Assembly (NCBI GenBank): GCA_045120675.1
Contig: JBGVFB010000042.1
Span: 5,493-69,492 of the forward strand
DNA: 64,000 nt
Direction: 5' to 3'
Origin: Faecousia sp.
GTDB taxonomy: Bacteria; Bacillota; Clostridia; Oscillospirales; Oscillospiraceae
The translations under genes were made by a program, and so were the position numbers. Below are positions 27,652-37,803 of the stretch, piece by piece (the stretch's first letter is position 1; each line of letters begins with the position of its first letter). The notes beneath the pieces were generated by a model. The model was not told where the DNA came from, did not search any database, and saw only the letters and a program-made list of their open reading frames with translations.

Positions 27652-28851
27652 TTAGATATCCAGTTCCCGCAGGCCCTTTCCCTGCTCACGGGCAATTTTG
27701 GCAAGGTCTTCGTATTCTGCCTTGCTGCGGCTGACACCGTAGCCGCTGACTACCTTCCGGCGCACAGGGCCGTAGGTCGTTTCCACGGTTTCAAAGTGCC
27801 GCTGCAGGGTGTAGCGGGAGAATTCCGCTTCCCGGATGCCGAGGGTGGTGGTGTGGCGGAAAATCAGGCGAACCATTTCTTCCTTCTGCTCATTCCGGCA
27901 CAGCACCGTCAGCATGGTGGCGGGGCGGTTTTTCTTCATGCCGATGGCGGTGGTGTATACGTCCAGCGCGCCGGCGGCAAGCAGCTGCTCCATGGCAAAG
28001 CCAATCTCCTCGCCGGTCATGTCATCCAAGTTGCAGGAAAGCTCGGTAACACTGTCGCGGCTGTCATCTGTGTGACCCAGCATGGCGCGCACGCAGTTGG
28101 CAGCGGGGAAATCCTTGGTGCCCATGCCGTAACCTACGGCATCCACCGTCATGGGGGGCATTTTTCCAAATTCGGTCACGAAATGCTTCAGCAGCGCCGC
28201 ACCGGTGGGGGTGCAAAGCTCGCCTTTGATTTCGCCGCCGTAAATCGGCACACCCCGCAGGATGTGGGCAGTGGCGGGGGCGGGAACGGGCAGAATACCG
28301 TGGGCGCAGCGAACCTGTCCGCTGCCAACGTGGACGGGAGAGGCATAGACCTTGTCAATGCCCAGCTTGTCCATCAGGTAGCAGACCGCTGTCACGTCCG
28401 CGATGGCATCCATGGTGCCCACTTCGTGGAAGTGGATCTGATTTACGGGAACACCGTGGGCATGGCTTTCTGCCTGTGCGATCAAATCGTAAACTGCCAG
28501 CACATCGCGGCGCACCTTGTCGCTGATGTTCAGGTGGGAAATGATGTGGGCGATATCGGCCATGCCGCCGTGGGTGTGGTCATGGTGATGCTCGTGACCG
28601 TGGTCATGATCGTGATGGTGATGATGGCTGTGCAGATGCTCATCTTCCTCCATATCCCACACGATCACCCGCATATGGGTGCCGTAAATGCCGCACTTCT
28701 GGGTGCGCTCCGCCAGAAAACGGACACCGGGAATCCGCAGCTTTGCCAGCTCCCGCACCATCTTATTGGGCTCGTCGAACAGCTCCAGCAGGGCAGCGGT
28801 CAGCATATCGCCGGCTGCGCCCATGCCGCAGTCCAGATAAAGTGTTCTCAT
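27652..28851 (-). CDS. larC: Nickel insertase for the NPN cofactor (single unsplit ORF)
   Basis: LDCGMGAAGDM, His-rich tract, HFHEVG..D, PVPAPAT, ELCTPTG, NLDD, MKKNRP, TTTLGIR. Confidence 0.95.
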   Translation of the reverse strand: MRTLYLDCGMGAAGDMLTAALLELFDEPNKMVRELAKLRIPGVRFLAERTQKCGIYGTHMRVIVWDMEEDEHLHSHHHHHDHDHGHEHHHDHTHGGMADIAHIISHLNISDKVRRDVLAVYDLIAQAESHAHGVPVNQIHFHEVGTMDAIADVTAVCYLMDKLGIDKVYASPVHVGSGQVRCAHGILPVPAPATAHILRGVPIYGGEIKGELCTPTGAALLKHFVTEFGKMPPMTVDAVGYGMGTKDFPAANCVRAMLGHTDDSRDSVTELSCNLDDMTGEEIGFAMEQLLAAGALDVYTTAIGMKKNRPATMLTVLCRNEQKEEMVRLIFRHTTTLGIREAEFSRYTLQRHFETVETTYGPVRRKVVSGYGVSRSKAEYEDLAKIAREQGKGLRELDI

Positions 28852-29603
28852 CCTTTGGCCTCCATGTGATTGATCATGCTGGCGAGGTAACCGGCACCGA
28901 AACCGTTGTCAATGTTGACGACGGAAACACCGCTGGCGCAGGAGTTGAGCATGCTCAGCAGTGCGGCCAGACCGCCGAAGGCAGCGCCGTAGCCGATGCT
29001 GGTGGGAACGGCAATGACGGGGCAGTCCACCAGACCACCCACCACACTGGCCAGTGCGCCTTCCATACCGGCGATGGCGATAACCACGCTGGCGCGCATC
29101 AGTTCCTCGGAGTGGTTCAGCAGCCGGTGCAGACCCGCAACACCCACGTCGTACAGGCGGGTGACATTGTTGCCTAAAAATTCCGCGGTCAGGGCAGCTT
29201 CCTCTGCTACGGGGATGTCACTGGTACCGCCGGTGGCAACCACGATGGTGCCGATGCCCGTGGGCACGGCCTTCTGACCTGCAATGGCCACCTGTGCATT
29301 TTCATAATAGGTAATGGGTGTCTTTGCGGCCACGGCAGCGGCCTTTTCCGCATCCAGACGGGTGATCAGGACGTTTTTCTGACCATTCTTTGCCATGACC
29401 TCCAGAATGCCGGAAATCTGCTCGGCGGTTTTTCCGGCGCCGTAGATGACCTCGTTGGCACCCTGACGGACCTTTCTGTGGAAATCCACCTTGGCATAGC
29501 CGATGTCTTCAAAAGGCTGCTTTTTAATTTCAAGTAGTGCGTCGTCCACGGACACAGTGCCGTTTTGAACGCCCTGCAGAATCTGCTTGATGTCGTGATT
29601 CAT
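28848..29603 (-). CDS. larB: NaAD carboxylase/hydrolase for NPN synthesis
   Basis: EVIYGAGKT, GTSDIPVAEEA, DVGVAGLHRL, AGMEGAL, VPTSIGYG, MLNSC, VVNIDNGFGA. Confidence 0.96.
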   Translation of the reverse strand: MNHDIKQILQGVQNGTVSVDDALLEIKKQPFEDIGYAKVDFHRKVRQGANEVIYGAGKTAEQISGILEVMAKNGQKNVLITRLDAEKAAAVAAKTPITYYENAQVAIAGQKAVPTGIGTIVVATGGTSDIPVAEEAALTAEFLGNNVTRLYDVGVAGLHRLLNHSEELMRASVVIAIAGMEGALASVVGGLVDCPVIAVPTSIGYGAAFGGLAALLSMLNSCASGVSVVNIDNGFGAGYLASMINHMEAKG

Positions 29604-30346
29604 CCTCGTACCTCCATGTCCAGCAACACGGCCGGATAGTATTGTTTCAAAAATGCGAGAACTTCCGCCCGCTTTTCAAGCAGCGCGGGAATCTGCGCTT
29701 CAGGAAGCTGCAGTCTTGCGCCGCCTTCAAAATACCGGATCCGGAAATCGGAGAAACCCATATTTTTCAGGTATTCCTCGCAGATTTCCGTCTTTTTCAG
29801 CAAATCCAGCGTGATGCGCGTTCCTGCCGGAATGCGGGTAGCAAGACAGGCATAGGCCGGCTTGTCGTGGGTGAAAAGCCCCGCTTCCTTGGAAAGGCGG
29901 CGGATTTCCGCCTTGGTCAGCCCCGCTTCCCGTAGCGGGGAGCGAACCTGCAGTTCCTGCAGCGCCACCATGCCGGGCCGGTCGGAAGCATCGTCCGATG
30001 CGTTGGTGCCGTCGATGACAATAGAGAAGCCGTCCTCACGCGCGGCAGCCAAAATAGCGGAAAAAATCCGTTTTTTGCAGTAATAGCAGCGATTCACAGG
30101 GTTCGCGATCACGTTTTTATCCTGCAATACATCCAGATGGATGGTCTTCATCTCCGCACCCAGATCTGTTGCCAGTTTTACCGCGTCATCATATTCAAAC
30201 TGAGGCTGGAACGGGGTTTTGACATAATAAGCGGTGACATTGGCACCGCTGGTTACCGCGGCATACAGCAGGTAGGCCGAATCCACACCGCCGGAGAAGG
30301 CCAGCGCCACATTGGGCTGCGCCTTGAAAAATTCCTGAAGTGTCAT
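29600..30346 (-). CDS. larE: ATP-dependent sulfur insertase for NPN synthesis
   Basis: PP-loop AFSGGVDS, RCYYCK, DGTNASD, RPG, SPL, ACLATR. Confidence 0.95.
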   Translation of the reverse strand: MTLQEFFKAQPNVALAFSGGVDSAYLLYAAVTSGANVTAYYVKTPFQPQFEYDDAVKLATDLGAEMKTIHLDVLQDKNVIANPVNRCYYCKKRIFSAILAAAREDGFSIVIDGTNASDDASDRPGMVALQELQVRSPLREAGLTKAEIRRLSKEAGLFTHDKPAYACLATRIPAGTRITLDLLKKTEICEEYLKNMGFSDFRIRYFEGGARLQLPEAQIPALLEKRAEVLAFLKQYYPAVLLDMEVRG

Positions 30347-30349
30347 ATC

Positions 30350-31657
30350 TTACTCCTCCCGCAGCATGATCTGCAGGATTTCCAGATCCGTGGCATGCAT
30401 ACCCTCACGACCCATACGGCCCACGCTTTCGATGGTATCTTCGACGCTTTCCATCACAAGACCCTCGCCGGGCTGGAAGACATTGCCGAAGCGGCTCAGC
30501 TCGTAGGCGGTGATGGCGCAGTCCACGGCCGTAGCGATTTTGGCAGCGCAGGAGGATTTTGCGCCGTCGCAGACCATGCCGCCAACGGTTCCGATGGTGT
30601 TGGTGATGGTATCTGCTACCTGCCGGTACAGCTCCTGCGGGGAGAGTTTTTCACCCAGCAGATAGGCAATCGCGGCACCGGCACCGCAGGCTGCGCTGAC
30701 TGCGCCGCAATAGGCGGAGAGACTTCCGATGTATTGCTTCTGGTGGATGGCGATCAGATTGCTGACCACCAGACTGCGCAGCATCCGCTCTCTTCCAATG
30801 CCGTAGGCATCGGCAAAAATCTTCACGGGCAGCGAAGCGGTCAGACCCTGATTGCCGCTGCCGGAATTGATGACCACGGGCATGGCGCAGCCGTTCATAC
30901 GGGCATCGCTGCCGGCGGCGGCATAAGCCTTGGCAGCGGCACGAGCCGTGTCGGGGGTCAGGGACTTGACACCCCGCAGCAGTGTTCTGCCCACCTGTGC
31001 GCCGTAACGGTGTTCCATGCCTTCCCGGGCGATGCCCAGATTCAGGGTCAACTGATGATCCATCAGCTTCAGCGTTTCTTCGCCGGGGTCATCGGCAAAT
31101 TCCAGAATGCCGGAGATGTTCAGCAGCGCCTTATCGGGGTCGTCCTTGACGGCAATTTCGGTGCAGGAGCGCTCCTGCTGGAACAGCACCTGACCGTTTT
31201 TCTCCACGCGGGTGATATTCTTGTGGTAATTGCGGATCTCAACCACTGCTTCTTCCGTACCGGCGGTCAGGTGGATGAGAATGTACAGATTTTCCACACC
31301 CTGCTCCAGCGAGCAGGTGCAGAAGCCCAGCTCCAGCAGATTTTTGGCTTCCAGAATATGTTCTTCCGTCACGGACTGCAGCACTTCCAAATCACGGCTT
31401 GCATTACCGCCCAAGATACCCAGAACCGCAGCCACATCGATGCCCTTGAGTCCGCCGGAATTGGGAACGGTGACACCCATGACATTCTTGACGATATTAC
31501 CGCTGCAGCGCACATGGCACCGCTGGGGCATCTGACCCAGAACCTCCCGGCATTTTGCGGCGGCATAGGCGATGGCGATGGGTTCGGTGCAGCCCATGGC
31601 GGCGACCAGTTCCTTCTTCAAAATACGGCTGTATGCTTCTTTTAAGCTGCGCTCCAT
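30350..31657 (-). CDS. L-cysteine desulfidase (YhaM/CdsB, Fe-S serine dehydratase-alpha-like)
   Basis: AMGCTEP, KNVMGVTVP, AGSDARM.G, NSGSGNQG, LSAYCG, GMVCDGAK..CA.K. Confidence 0.88.
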   Translation of the reverse strand: MERSLKEAYSRILKKELVAAMGCTEPIAIAYAAAKCREVLGQMPQRCHVRCSGNIVKNVMGVTVPNSGGLKGIDVAAVLGILGGNASRDLEVLQSVTEEHILEAKNLLELGFCTCSLEQGVENLYILIHLTAGTEEAVVEIRNYHKNITRVEKNGQVLFQQERSCTEIAVKDDPDKALLNISGILEFADDPGEETLKLMDHQLTLNLGIAREGMEHRYGAQVGRTLLRGVKSLTPDTARAAAKAYAAAGSDARMNGCAMPVVINSGSGNQGLTASLPVKIFADAYGIGRERMLRSLVVSNLIAIHQKQYIGSLSAYCGAVSAACGAGAAIAYLLGEKLSPQELYRQVADTITNTIGTVGGMVCDGAKSSCAAKIATAVDCAITAYELSRFGNVFQPGEGLVMESVEDTIESVGRMGREGMHATDLEILQIMLREE

Positions 31658-31861
31658 AATAAGCCCTCTCTTTGTTGGCATATTTTATTTATTATAGCGG
31701 AAAAACGCGCAAAATACAACCCCGCCGGAGGGGGCACGGCGGATTTTCCTGGCGGATGCTTTTCTTTTCCTGAAAAAATGCTATGATGATGTGTGAGATT
31801 TCCGGCATAACTTCCGTCTTACAGGGTGAGGCGCCAAAATAAAGAAATGAGGTGAACCGAA

Positions 31862-32416
31862 ATGGAAGACAGCAGGATCATTGAACTGTACTTTGCCAGA
31901 AATGAAGATGCCATCCGCCATACGGATGATACCTATGGACGGCAGCTGCTGTGTTTAGCGGACCGCATTGTCAAAAATGATCAGGACGCAGAAGAAAGCG
32001 TCAATGATACATATCTGAAAGCATGGAACACCATTCCGCCCCACAGGCCCCAGTATTTTTTCGCATATCTGGCCAAGATCTGCAAAAATTTTGCGCTGGA
32101 CAGGCTGGACTGGAAGTCGGCGGCAAAGCGCAGGGCAGAGGTTGTCAGCCTGACGCAGGAGATGGAAAGCTGCATTCCGGACGCAGCCCGCTCCTGGGAT
32201 GTGGACCGGAAGGAATTGAGTATGATTCTGGACACCTTCCTGCGAACCCTGACACCGGAAAACAGAATGGTTTTTATCCGGCGGTACTGGTACATGGATA
32301 CCGTTGCAGAGATTGCCGTCCGGTACGGAATTGGTGAAAGCGCGGTGCAGATGCGCTTGAACCGCACAAGAGGAAAGCTACGTGATTACCTGCAGAAGGA
32401 GGGAATTCGGGTATGA
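31862..32416 (+). CDS. ECF sigma-70 factor
   Basis: DAEESVNDTYLKAW region 2; region 4 FIRRYWY..VAEIA; LNRTRGKL. Confidence 0.92.
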   Translation: MEDSRIIELYFARNEDAIRHTDDTYGRQLLCLADRIVKNDQDAEESVNDTYLKAWNTIPPHRPQYFFAYLAKICKNFALDRLDWKSAAKRRAEVVSLTQEMESCIPDAARSWDVDRKELSMILDTFLRTLTPENRMVFIRRYWYMDTVAEIAVRYGIGESAVQMRLNRTRGKLRDYLQKEGIRV

Positions 32417-33858
32417 ACAGCAAGGATTTGATTCAGAGCCTGAACGGCATCGGCGAAGACCTCGTAAACGAGGCGGAATACGGCAGCTTCCGTGTGTGCG
32501 ACCGGGCGGAAGCACCTGCGCGCAGACGTTTCAGCAGACCGCTTCTGATCGCAGCGTTGATCGGCCTGATGGTATTTCTGATGGGCTGCGCTGCTGTTTA
32601 TTTCCTCCGCTTGCAGGATATGAAGCTGGGAGACGAAACACTGTATTACGATGTTTTCGATGATGAAGGATTTATTGGTCGGGAACCCGTTGAAAAGGAA
32701 GTGCTTACTTTTGCTGGTGTAAAAGGAACTTCCAGCTACCAAGCGGCCAAGGAATGGTTTGCTTTCCTACACTCCTACGATCCGGATGGTGATATTTACT
32801 CTTCTATTTGGAAGAATGTTCCTGAATTTCCGGAAGAGTATTCGTCCTACAACCTCTATACGCAGGAAATGAAAGATGCTCTGGATAGCATCCTGCAGAA
32901 ATACAGTTTGAAGCCTGTGGGAAGTCTGCTTGAGTTTAATTCACTGGAGAACGTTTGCGCCGCTTTGGAAATCGAGAAGTTTACAATAGATGGAAACGGT
33001 GTGCAAACTAACATCACCGGAGGATATCCCTTTGACAATGGTAACTTTATGTTGAATGTTGATATTAAACTCCCCGATGATACCTCAAGTCAGGTATGCC
33101 GGACACAGGGTCAGATTGACTGGTATCGAAAAGATTGCCTTAGCCAGGATCACATCTACCTTGACGATATTGAGCAATGGAAGGAATGGAATTATCAAAC
33201 CGCAGCCGGCAACGATGTCCTGATCATCCGGTCTGATACCGACTGGCGGGCATGGATCATCTGCGAACGCGAAGAAGCAATGTTGGTGCTTCGTCTGGAA
33301 TCCAGAATTGATCTGGGGTACAACGAGGATTGTAGTAAGCACTGGGGCTACCTCGAAATGACCGATAAGCAGTTGGAAATGGTTGCGGACACCATTGATT
33401 TTGGAATTCAACCCAGAATTGCTACGAAGGAGGATGTTGCCAACCAGAAAGATCTGCCCTATGAGCATCCCACGGATTTCTATGAGACAGAAATCGTAAA
33501 GAATCCAGAGGAAACTTTGGAATTTGTAACAGAACCGATTACTTTCAAGACAATTGGTGGTCATGTAGAGGACGCAGAGGGAAATCGGGAAAACTTGTAC
33601 GAAAACTGGACTGTCACTTCCTTTACGCTGGGGCCCAATTCTGCAACTATCATCGGTTGTCCCGTCTTCTCAACTCCCAGTGATCAGTTGACTGTCTACA
33701 TGAAGGATGGTTCCTCTGTACTTCTGTACGGTAAAGCCACAGGAAACGGAGCAAGCCAACTCACCGCCTCATCGCAAATTGATTTGGAGCAGGTGGGCTA
33801 TATCCAGCTTGCCGACGGCACGAAACTGACCATCCCCGCAGAAAACCCGATAGGATAA
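32413..33858 (+). CDS. Putative anti-sigma factor / membrane-anchored sensor
   Basis: Overlaps the sigma stop by 4 nt; LNGIGEDLVNEA N-terminus, one TM helix, acidic extracellular domain. Confidence 0.7.
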   Translation: MNSKDLIQSLNGIGEDLVNEAEYGSFRVCDRAEAPARRRFSRPLLIAALIGLMVFLMGCAAVYFLRLQDMKLGDETLYYDVFDDEGFIGREPVEKEVLTFAGVKGTSSYQAAKEWFAFLHSYDPDGDIYSSIWKNVPEFPEEYSSYNLYTQEMKDALDSILQKYSLKPVGSLLEFNSLENVCAALEIEKFTIDGNGVQTNITGGYPFDNGNFMLNVDIKLPDDTSSQVCRTQGQIDWYRKDCLSQDHIYLDDIEQWKEWNYQTAAGNDVLIIRSDTDWRAWIICEREEAMLVLRLESRIDLGYNEDCSKHWGYLEMTDKQLEMVADTIDFGIQPRIATKEDVANQKDLPYEHPTDFYETEIVKNPEETLEFVTEPITFKTIGGHVEDAEGNRENLYENWTVTSFTLGPNSATIIGCPVFSTPSDQLTVYMKDGSSVLLYGKATGNGASQLTASSQIDLEQVGYIQLADGTKLTIPAENPIG

Positions 33859-33872
33859 GCCTGAAAACAGGT

Positions 33873-33904
33873 ACAGCCCCGCCGGCAACGGCGGGGCTGT
33901 TTTT
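33873..33904. terminator. Bidirectional terminator
   Basis: ACAGCCCCGCCG-GCAA-CGGCGGGGCTGT-TTTT. Confidence 0.75.
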
Positions 33905-34784
33905 ACATCATTTCTTCGGACAGTTCCTTGAATACGGAATCCAGCTTGGCATTGGCCATGTCGAACTCGGCCACCGCATCCATGATCCGGCGGTAGGCGC
34001 GCACCTTGCCCGCTTCCTTCAGCTGGTCCGCAAGGGTTGCCAGCTCCTGCGCGTGGGCATCGTTGTGGCTGACCATGTACTTCATCAGCATCAGCAGTTC
34101 CTCCATGGGGGTGCCGCCGTGGGAGTGGTCATGATCGTGGTCGTGGTCGTGGCTGTGGGAATGGGGATGTACATGGCGGTGTCCGCCATGGCTGTGGACC
34201 TGACCTTCCTTGCGTACACCCGCGACCTGATACATCTCATCATCGGAGATGATCACATCTACGTCGAACCAGTCGGACAGAATTGCGGCCAGCTCCTGCT
34301 CGTGGAGCAGGTCGATGGACACCTGCGCGGCGCGGCCTGCGTGGTGGTCGCACAGGGCGGCACGGCTCATGCCGTGGGCAATGCTGAGCTTGCCGCCGGG
34401 CTTCAGAAGACCCGCCAGCACTTCCACCAGATGCTCCGGATCGGGGAAGTGGGGGAAGGCATTGTAGACCATGATGCAGTCAAACTTCCGGTCGAAATTC
34501 GTTTCCTCCACATCGCCGCAGATGACCTGAACCTGCGGGAATTTGGCGGCGGCGATCTTCGCCATTTCGGGAGAAATGTCAATGCCGGTGACGGATGCGG
34601 CGCCGCGGGCCAGATAATCGGGGAACAGCACACCGGTGCCGCAGGCCACGTCCAGCACGTGGACACCTTCACGGATGCCGCCGTTGTCTAAAATTTTGGT
34701 GATGACCGCTTCGTTGCGGATCATGTCGGAATCCCACCAGGGGGCGCAATTATCAAAAAATGCTGCAATATCGGTTTTTTTCAT
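33903..34784 (-). CDS. Class I methyltransferase fused to a His-rich metal-binding domain
   Basis: LDVACGTG, YNAFPHF; HSHGGHRHVHPHSHSHDHDHDHDHSH; C-terminal YMVSHNDAHAQEL helix. Confidence 0.82.
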   Translation of the reverse strand: MKKTDIAAFFDNCAPWWDSDMIRNEAVITKILDNGGIREGVHVLDVACGTGVLFPDYLARGAASVTGIDISPEMAKIAAAKFPQVQVICGDVEETNFDRKFDCIMVYNAFPHFPDPEHLVEVLAGLLKPGGKLSIAHGMSRAALCDHHAGRAAQVSIDLLHEQELAAILSDWFDVDVIISDDEMYQVAGVRKEGQVHSHGGHRHVHPHSHSHDHDHDHDHSHGGTPMEELLMLMKYMVSHNDAHAQELATLADQLKEAGKVRAYRRIMDAVAEFDMANAKLDSVFKELSEEMM

Positions 34785-34811
34785 AGTTTTTCCTTAAAAA
34801 TGTATTGTGTT

Positions 34812-35957
34812 TCAGGCCATGGCCTGCTGCAGGTCGGCGATCAGATCCTGTACGTTCTCAAGTCCCACGGACATGCGCAGGAAGGAATCGGTGATGCCCA
34901 GCTTTTCACGATCCTCCGCAGAAACATCCGCGTGGGTCTGGGTGGCGGGCAGGGTGATCAGGCTTTCGGGGCCGCCGAGACTTTCGGCGAAGGTGATGAT
35001 TTTTACCTTTGCCAGCACCTGCAGGGCGGTTTCGGCGCTGTCCAGCGTAAAGCTCAGCATGGCGCCGCTGCCGCGGGACTGCTTGCGGTTGATATCATAA
35101 CCGGGATGCTCCGGAAGACCCACATAGTAGACCTTCTTCACCTTGGGCTGTGTTTTCAGCCACTGGGCAATAGCCAGCGCATTTTCCTGTGCCCGCTCCA
35201 TGCGCACGGCAAGAGTCTTGATGCCCCGCAGCAGCAGCCAGCTGTCGAAAGGTGCCAGCGTTGCGCCTAAGGTATAAGAGATCTTGTGGAGTTTTTCACC
35301 CACTGCCTTGTCCGCGACGCAGACAAAGCCGGCAATCGTATCGTTATGGCCGCCAAGATACTTGGTGCCGGAGTGAATGGAAATATCCGCGCCCAGCGCC
35401 AGCGGATTCTGAAAATAGGGGGACAGGAAGGTGTTATCCACGATCAGCATGGCACCGACAGATTTTGCAAGTGCGGCGCACAGGCCGATGTCGGTGACGT
35501 TCATCATGGGGTTGGAGGGCGTTTCGATATATACACCCTTGGTGCCGGGTGTGATGGCTGCGCGCAGCGCATCGGGATCGGTGGTGTCCACCAGTTCCAG
35601 AATCAGACCCTTTTTCTTTTCTACCAGATCGAAAAGCAGCACGGTGCCGCCGTAGAGGTCGGCGGAGCAGACGATCCGGTCGCCGGGGGCGAACAGCTCG
35701 AAAGCTGCCGTGATGGCCGCCATGCCGGAGGTGAAAGCCACCGTATCCACTGCACCTTCCAGACTGGAAACGGTCTCCTCCAGCTGCAGTCTTGTGGGAT
35801 TGGTCAGACGGGTATAGTAAAACCGCTCGGGGCTGTGACCCAAATCGGGGTGGCCGAAGGCGGCGGTCTGGTAAATGGGCATACTCAGGCTCTGGTAGTT
35901 GTCCTGAAATTTATGGTCACCGCCATGGACACAGCGGGTCTCAATGGAATCAGCCAT
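34812..35957 (-). CDS. PLP-dependent transsulfuration enzyme (cystathionine gamma-synthase/beta-lyase family)
   Basis: PIYQT, YTRLTNPT, SGMAAI, ETPSNP, VDNTF, HSGTKYLGGH, AESLGG. Confidence 0.93.
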   Translation of the reverse strand: MADSIETRCVHGGDHKFQDNYQSLSMPIYQTAAFGHPDLGHSPERFYYTRLTNPTRLQLEETVSSLEGAVDTVAFTSGMAAITAAFELFAPGDRIVCSADLYGGTVLLFDLVEKKKGLILELVDTTDPDALRAAITPGTKGVYIETPSNPMMNVTDIGLCAALAKSVGAMLIVDNTFLSPYFQNPLALGADISIHSGTKYLGGHNDTIAGFVCVADKAVGEKLHKISYTLGATLAPFDSWLLLRGIKTLAVRMERAQENALAIAQWLKTQPKVKKVYYVGLPEHPGYDINRKQSRGSGAMLSFTLDSAETALQVLAKVKIITFAESLGGPESLITLPATQTHADVSAEDREKLGITDSFLRMSVGLENVQDLIADLQQAMA

Positions 35958-36131
35958 AGGTATTCCTCCTGCAGGTAGGTTTTCTCCATGATACCCCATC
36001 CCCCCGCCGCCTGTCAAGTTGCCGTGCAGGGAAAAAGGTGTGGAAAAAAGCAATGCTTTTTTGAAATTCATTCTTTTTATTTCTGTAAAAAGATGTTAAA
36101 ATGGGTGCAGAATTGGAAGGGAGGAATCTCT

Positions 36132-36899
36132 ATGAAATGTCATTACTGCGGTACGGAAATGACCGGAAACGAAATTTATTGCCGCCACTGCGGCACGCGG
36201 CAGATCCCTGCTCCCAAGGAGGAGCCTGTGGCGGTTGCTCCCGTGGAAGCCGCACCTGTATATGAAGCACCTGCAGCAGAGCATGCCCCTGCAAAGTACC
36301 CCGAGCCTGTTTATGAGGAAAAGACCTTCGGCTGGCAGCCCTACGGCGGCGCGCCCGCACCGGAGGAACCCCTCTTTGACTTTGAAAAAGCGGCAGCCAA
36401 GGCACCCAAACTGCAGCTGCCTGTCAAGCGCGGCCTCGGCCGGATGATCATTTTCAGCATTCTGACGCTGGGTATTTATCCGATGGTCATCTGGAGCCGT
36501 CTGGTGGGAGAGGTGAATATGGTAGCCAGCCGTTACGACGGCGAACGTTCCATGTCCTTCTTCGGTATGCTGATGCTCTCGCCCCTTACGCTGGGTATCC
36601 ACAGTCTGGTCTGGATGCACAAGCTGTGCCGCCGCATCGGTACCGAACTGCAGCGCCGCAATATCAACAGTACCTTCGGCCCCCGGGACTTCTGGCTGTG
36701 GAATGTACTGTTTGGCTTTTTGTCCAGCGTGCTGACGGGCACCGCCGGATATCTGATTGCGGCAGGATTTGCCGAGCAGATTGTCCTGTGGATTCTGATT
36801 TGTGTCGGTGCCGTGGCGCTGGCAGGTCCCTTTGTATTCCTGCACAAGCTGATGAAGGCTATGAACCAGCTGAATGCAGACTATAATGTCAATGGTTGA
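36132..36899 (+). CDS. Zinc-ribbon plus DUF4234-like membrane protein
   Basis: CHYCG/CRHCG, Pro-Ala linker, repeated LT(L)GIY/H membrane motifs. Confidence 0.75.
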   Translation: MKCHYCGTEMTGNEIYCRHCGTRQIPAPKEEPVAVAPVEAAPVYEAPAAEHAPAKYPEPVYEEKTFGWQPYGGAPAPEEPLFDFEKAAAKAPKLQLPVKRGLGRMIIFSILTLGIYPMVIWSRLVGEVNMVASRYDGERSMSFFGMLMLSPLTLGIHSLVWMHKLCRRIGTELQRRNINSTFGPRDFWLWNVLFGFLSSVLTGTAGYLIAAGFAEQIVLWILICVGAVALAGPFVFLHKLMKAMNQLNADYNVNG

Positions 36900-36917
36900 T
36901 AACAGGAGGAATTTGTT

Positions 36918-37799
36918 ATGCATTCCAATATCTCTGCTGCTGCAATGGCCGTGATCAAACGGATGCAGCAGAACGAACTGACGGAAAGTGTCATTTATGA
37001 AAAGATTTCTGCCTTTGCAGGTGGCGAAGAGAACAAGGAAACCCTCCGCCGGCTGGCCCGTGAGGAGAAGGCCCACTACGAAATCTGGAAAAAATACACC
37101 GGCATCGAAATGAAGCCGGAAATGGGAAAGGTTCTGAAATTTACCCTGATTGCCCGCATCCTTGGCTTTACCTTTGCGGTCAAGCTGATGGAACGGGGCG
37201 AGGGAAATGCCCAGACGGAATACGAACTGCTGGCCCGTGAGGTGGCCGAAAGTGCCTCCATCCGGGAGGATGAGGAAGAACACGAGCATGCCCTGCTCGG
37301 TATGCTGGACGAAGAACGGCTGCAGTATGTGGGCAGCATGGTGCTGGGCTTGAACGATGCGCTGGTGGAACTGACCGGCAGTTTGGCGGGCTTTGCGTTT
37401 GCTCTGCAGAACACCCGCCTGATCGCCCTGTCCGGCCTGATCGTGGGCATTTCCGCAACCTTCTCTATGGCGTCCTCCGAATTCCTCGCTGCCCGCAGTG
37501 AGGGCCGCACCGATGCGCTGAAATCCTGCTCTTACACGGGCATTGCCTACCTGCTGACGGTCGTTGCACTGATCGCACCCTATCTGATCTTCCCCGGCAC
37601 CCAGTTTATCCCCGCCCTGATCTGCATGCTGGTGGTGGTTATCCTGATCATCGCAGGCTTTACCTACTATACCTCTGTTGCGCAGGATCAGCCCTTTGGC
37701 AGCCGTTTTCTGGAGATGGCGCTGATCAGCATCAGCGTGGCAGTGCTGTCTTTCGTGGTGGGCATTCTGGCGAAGAAGTTCCTTGGTGTGGACCTTTGA
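36918..37799 (+). CDS. Ferritin-like plus VIT1/CCC1 iron transporter
   Basis: EKAH and EEEHE ExxH motifs; VLGLNDALVELTG, SMASSEFL. Confidence 0.88.
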   Translation: MHSNISAAAMAVIKRMQQNELTESVIYEKISAFAGGEENKETLRRLAREEKAHYEIWKKYTGIEMKPEMGKVLKFTLIARILGFTFAVKLMERGEGNAQTEYELLAREVAESASIREDEEEHEHALLGMLDEERLQYVGSMVLGLNDALVELTGSLAGFAFALQNTRLIALSGLIVGISATFSMASSEFLAARSEGRTDALKSCSYTGIAYLLTVVALIAPYLIFPGTQFIPALICMLVVVILIIAGFTYYTSVAQDQPFGSRFLEMALISISVAVLSFVVGILAKKFLGVDL

Positions 37800-37803
37800 T
37801 GCG

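Noticed and set aside
27652-28851. Programmed frameshift in larC as in L. plantarum
   Set aside because: The gene is a single continuous ORF here.
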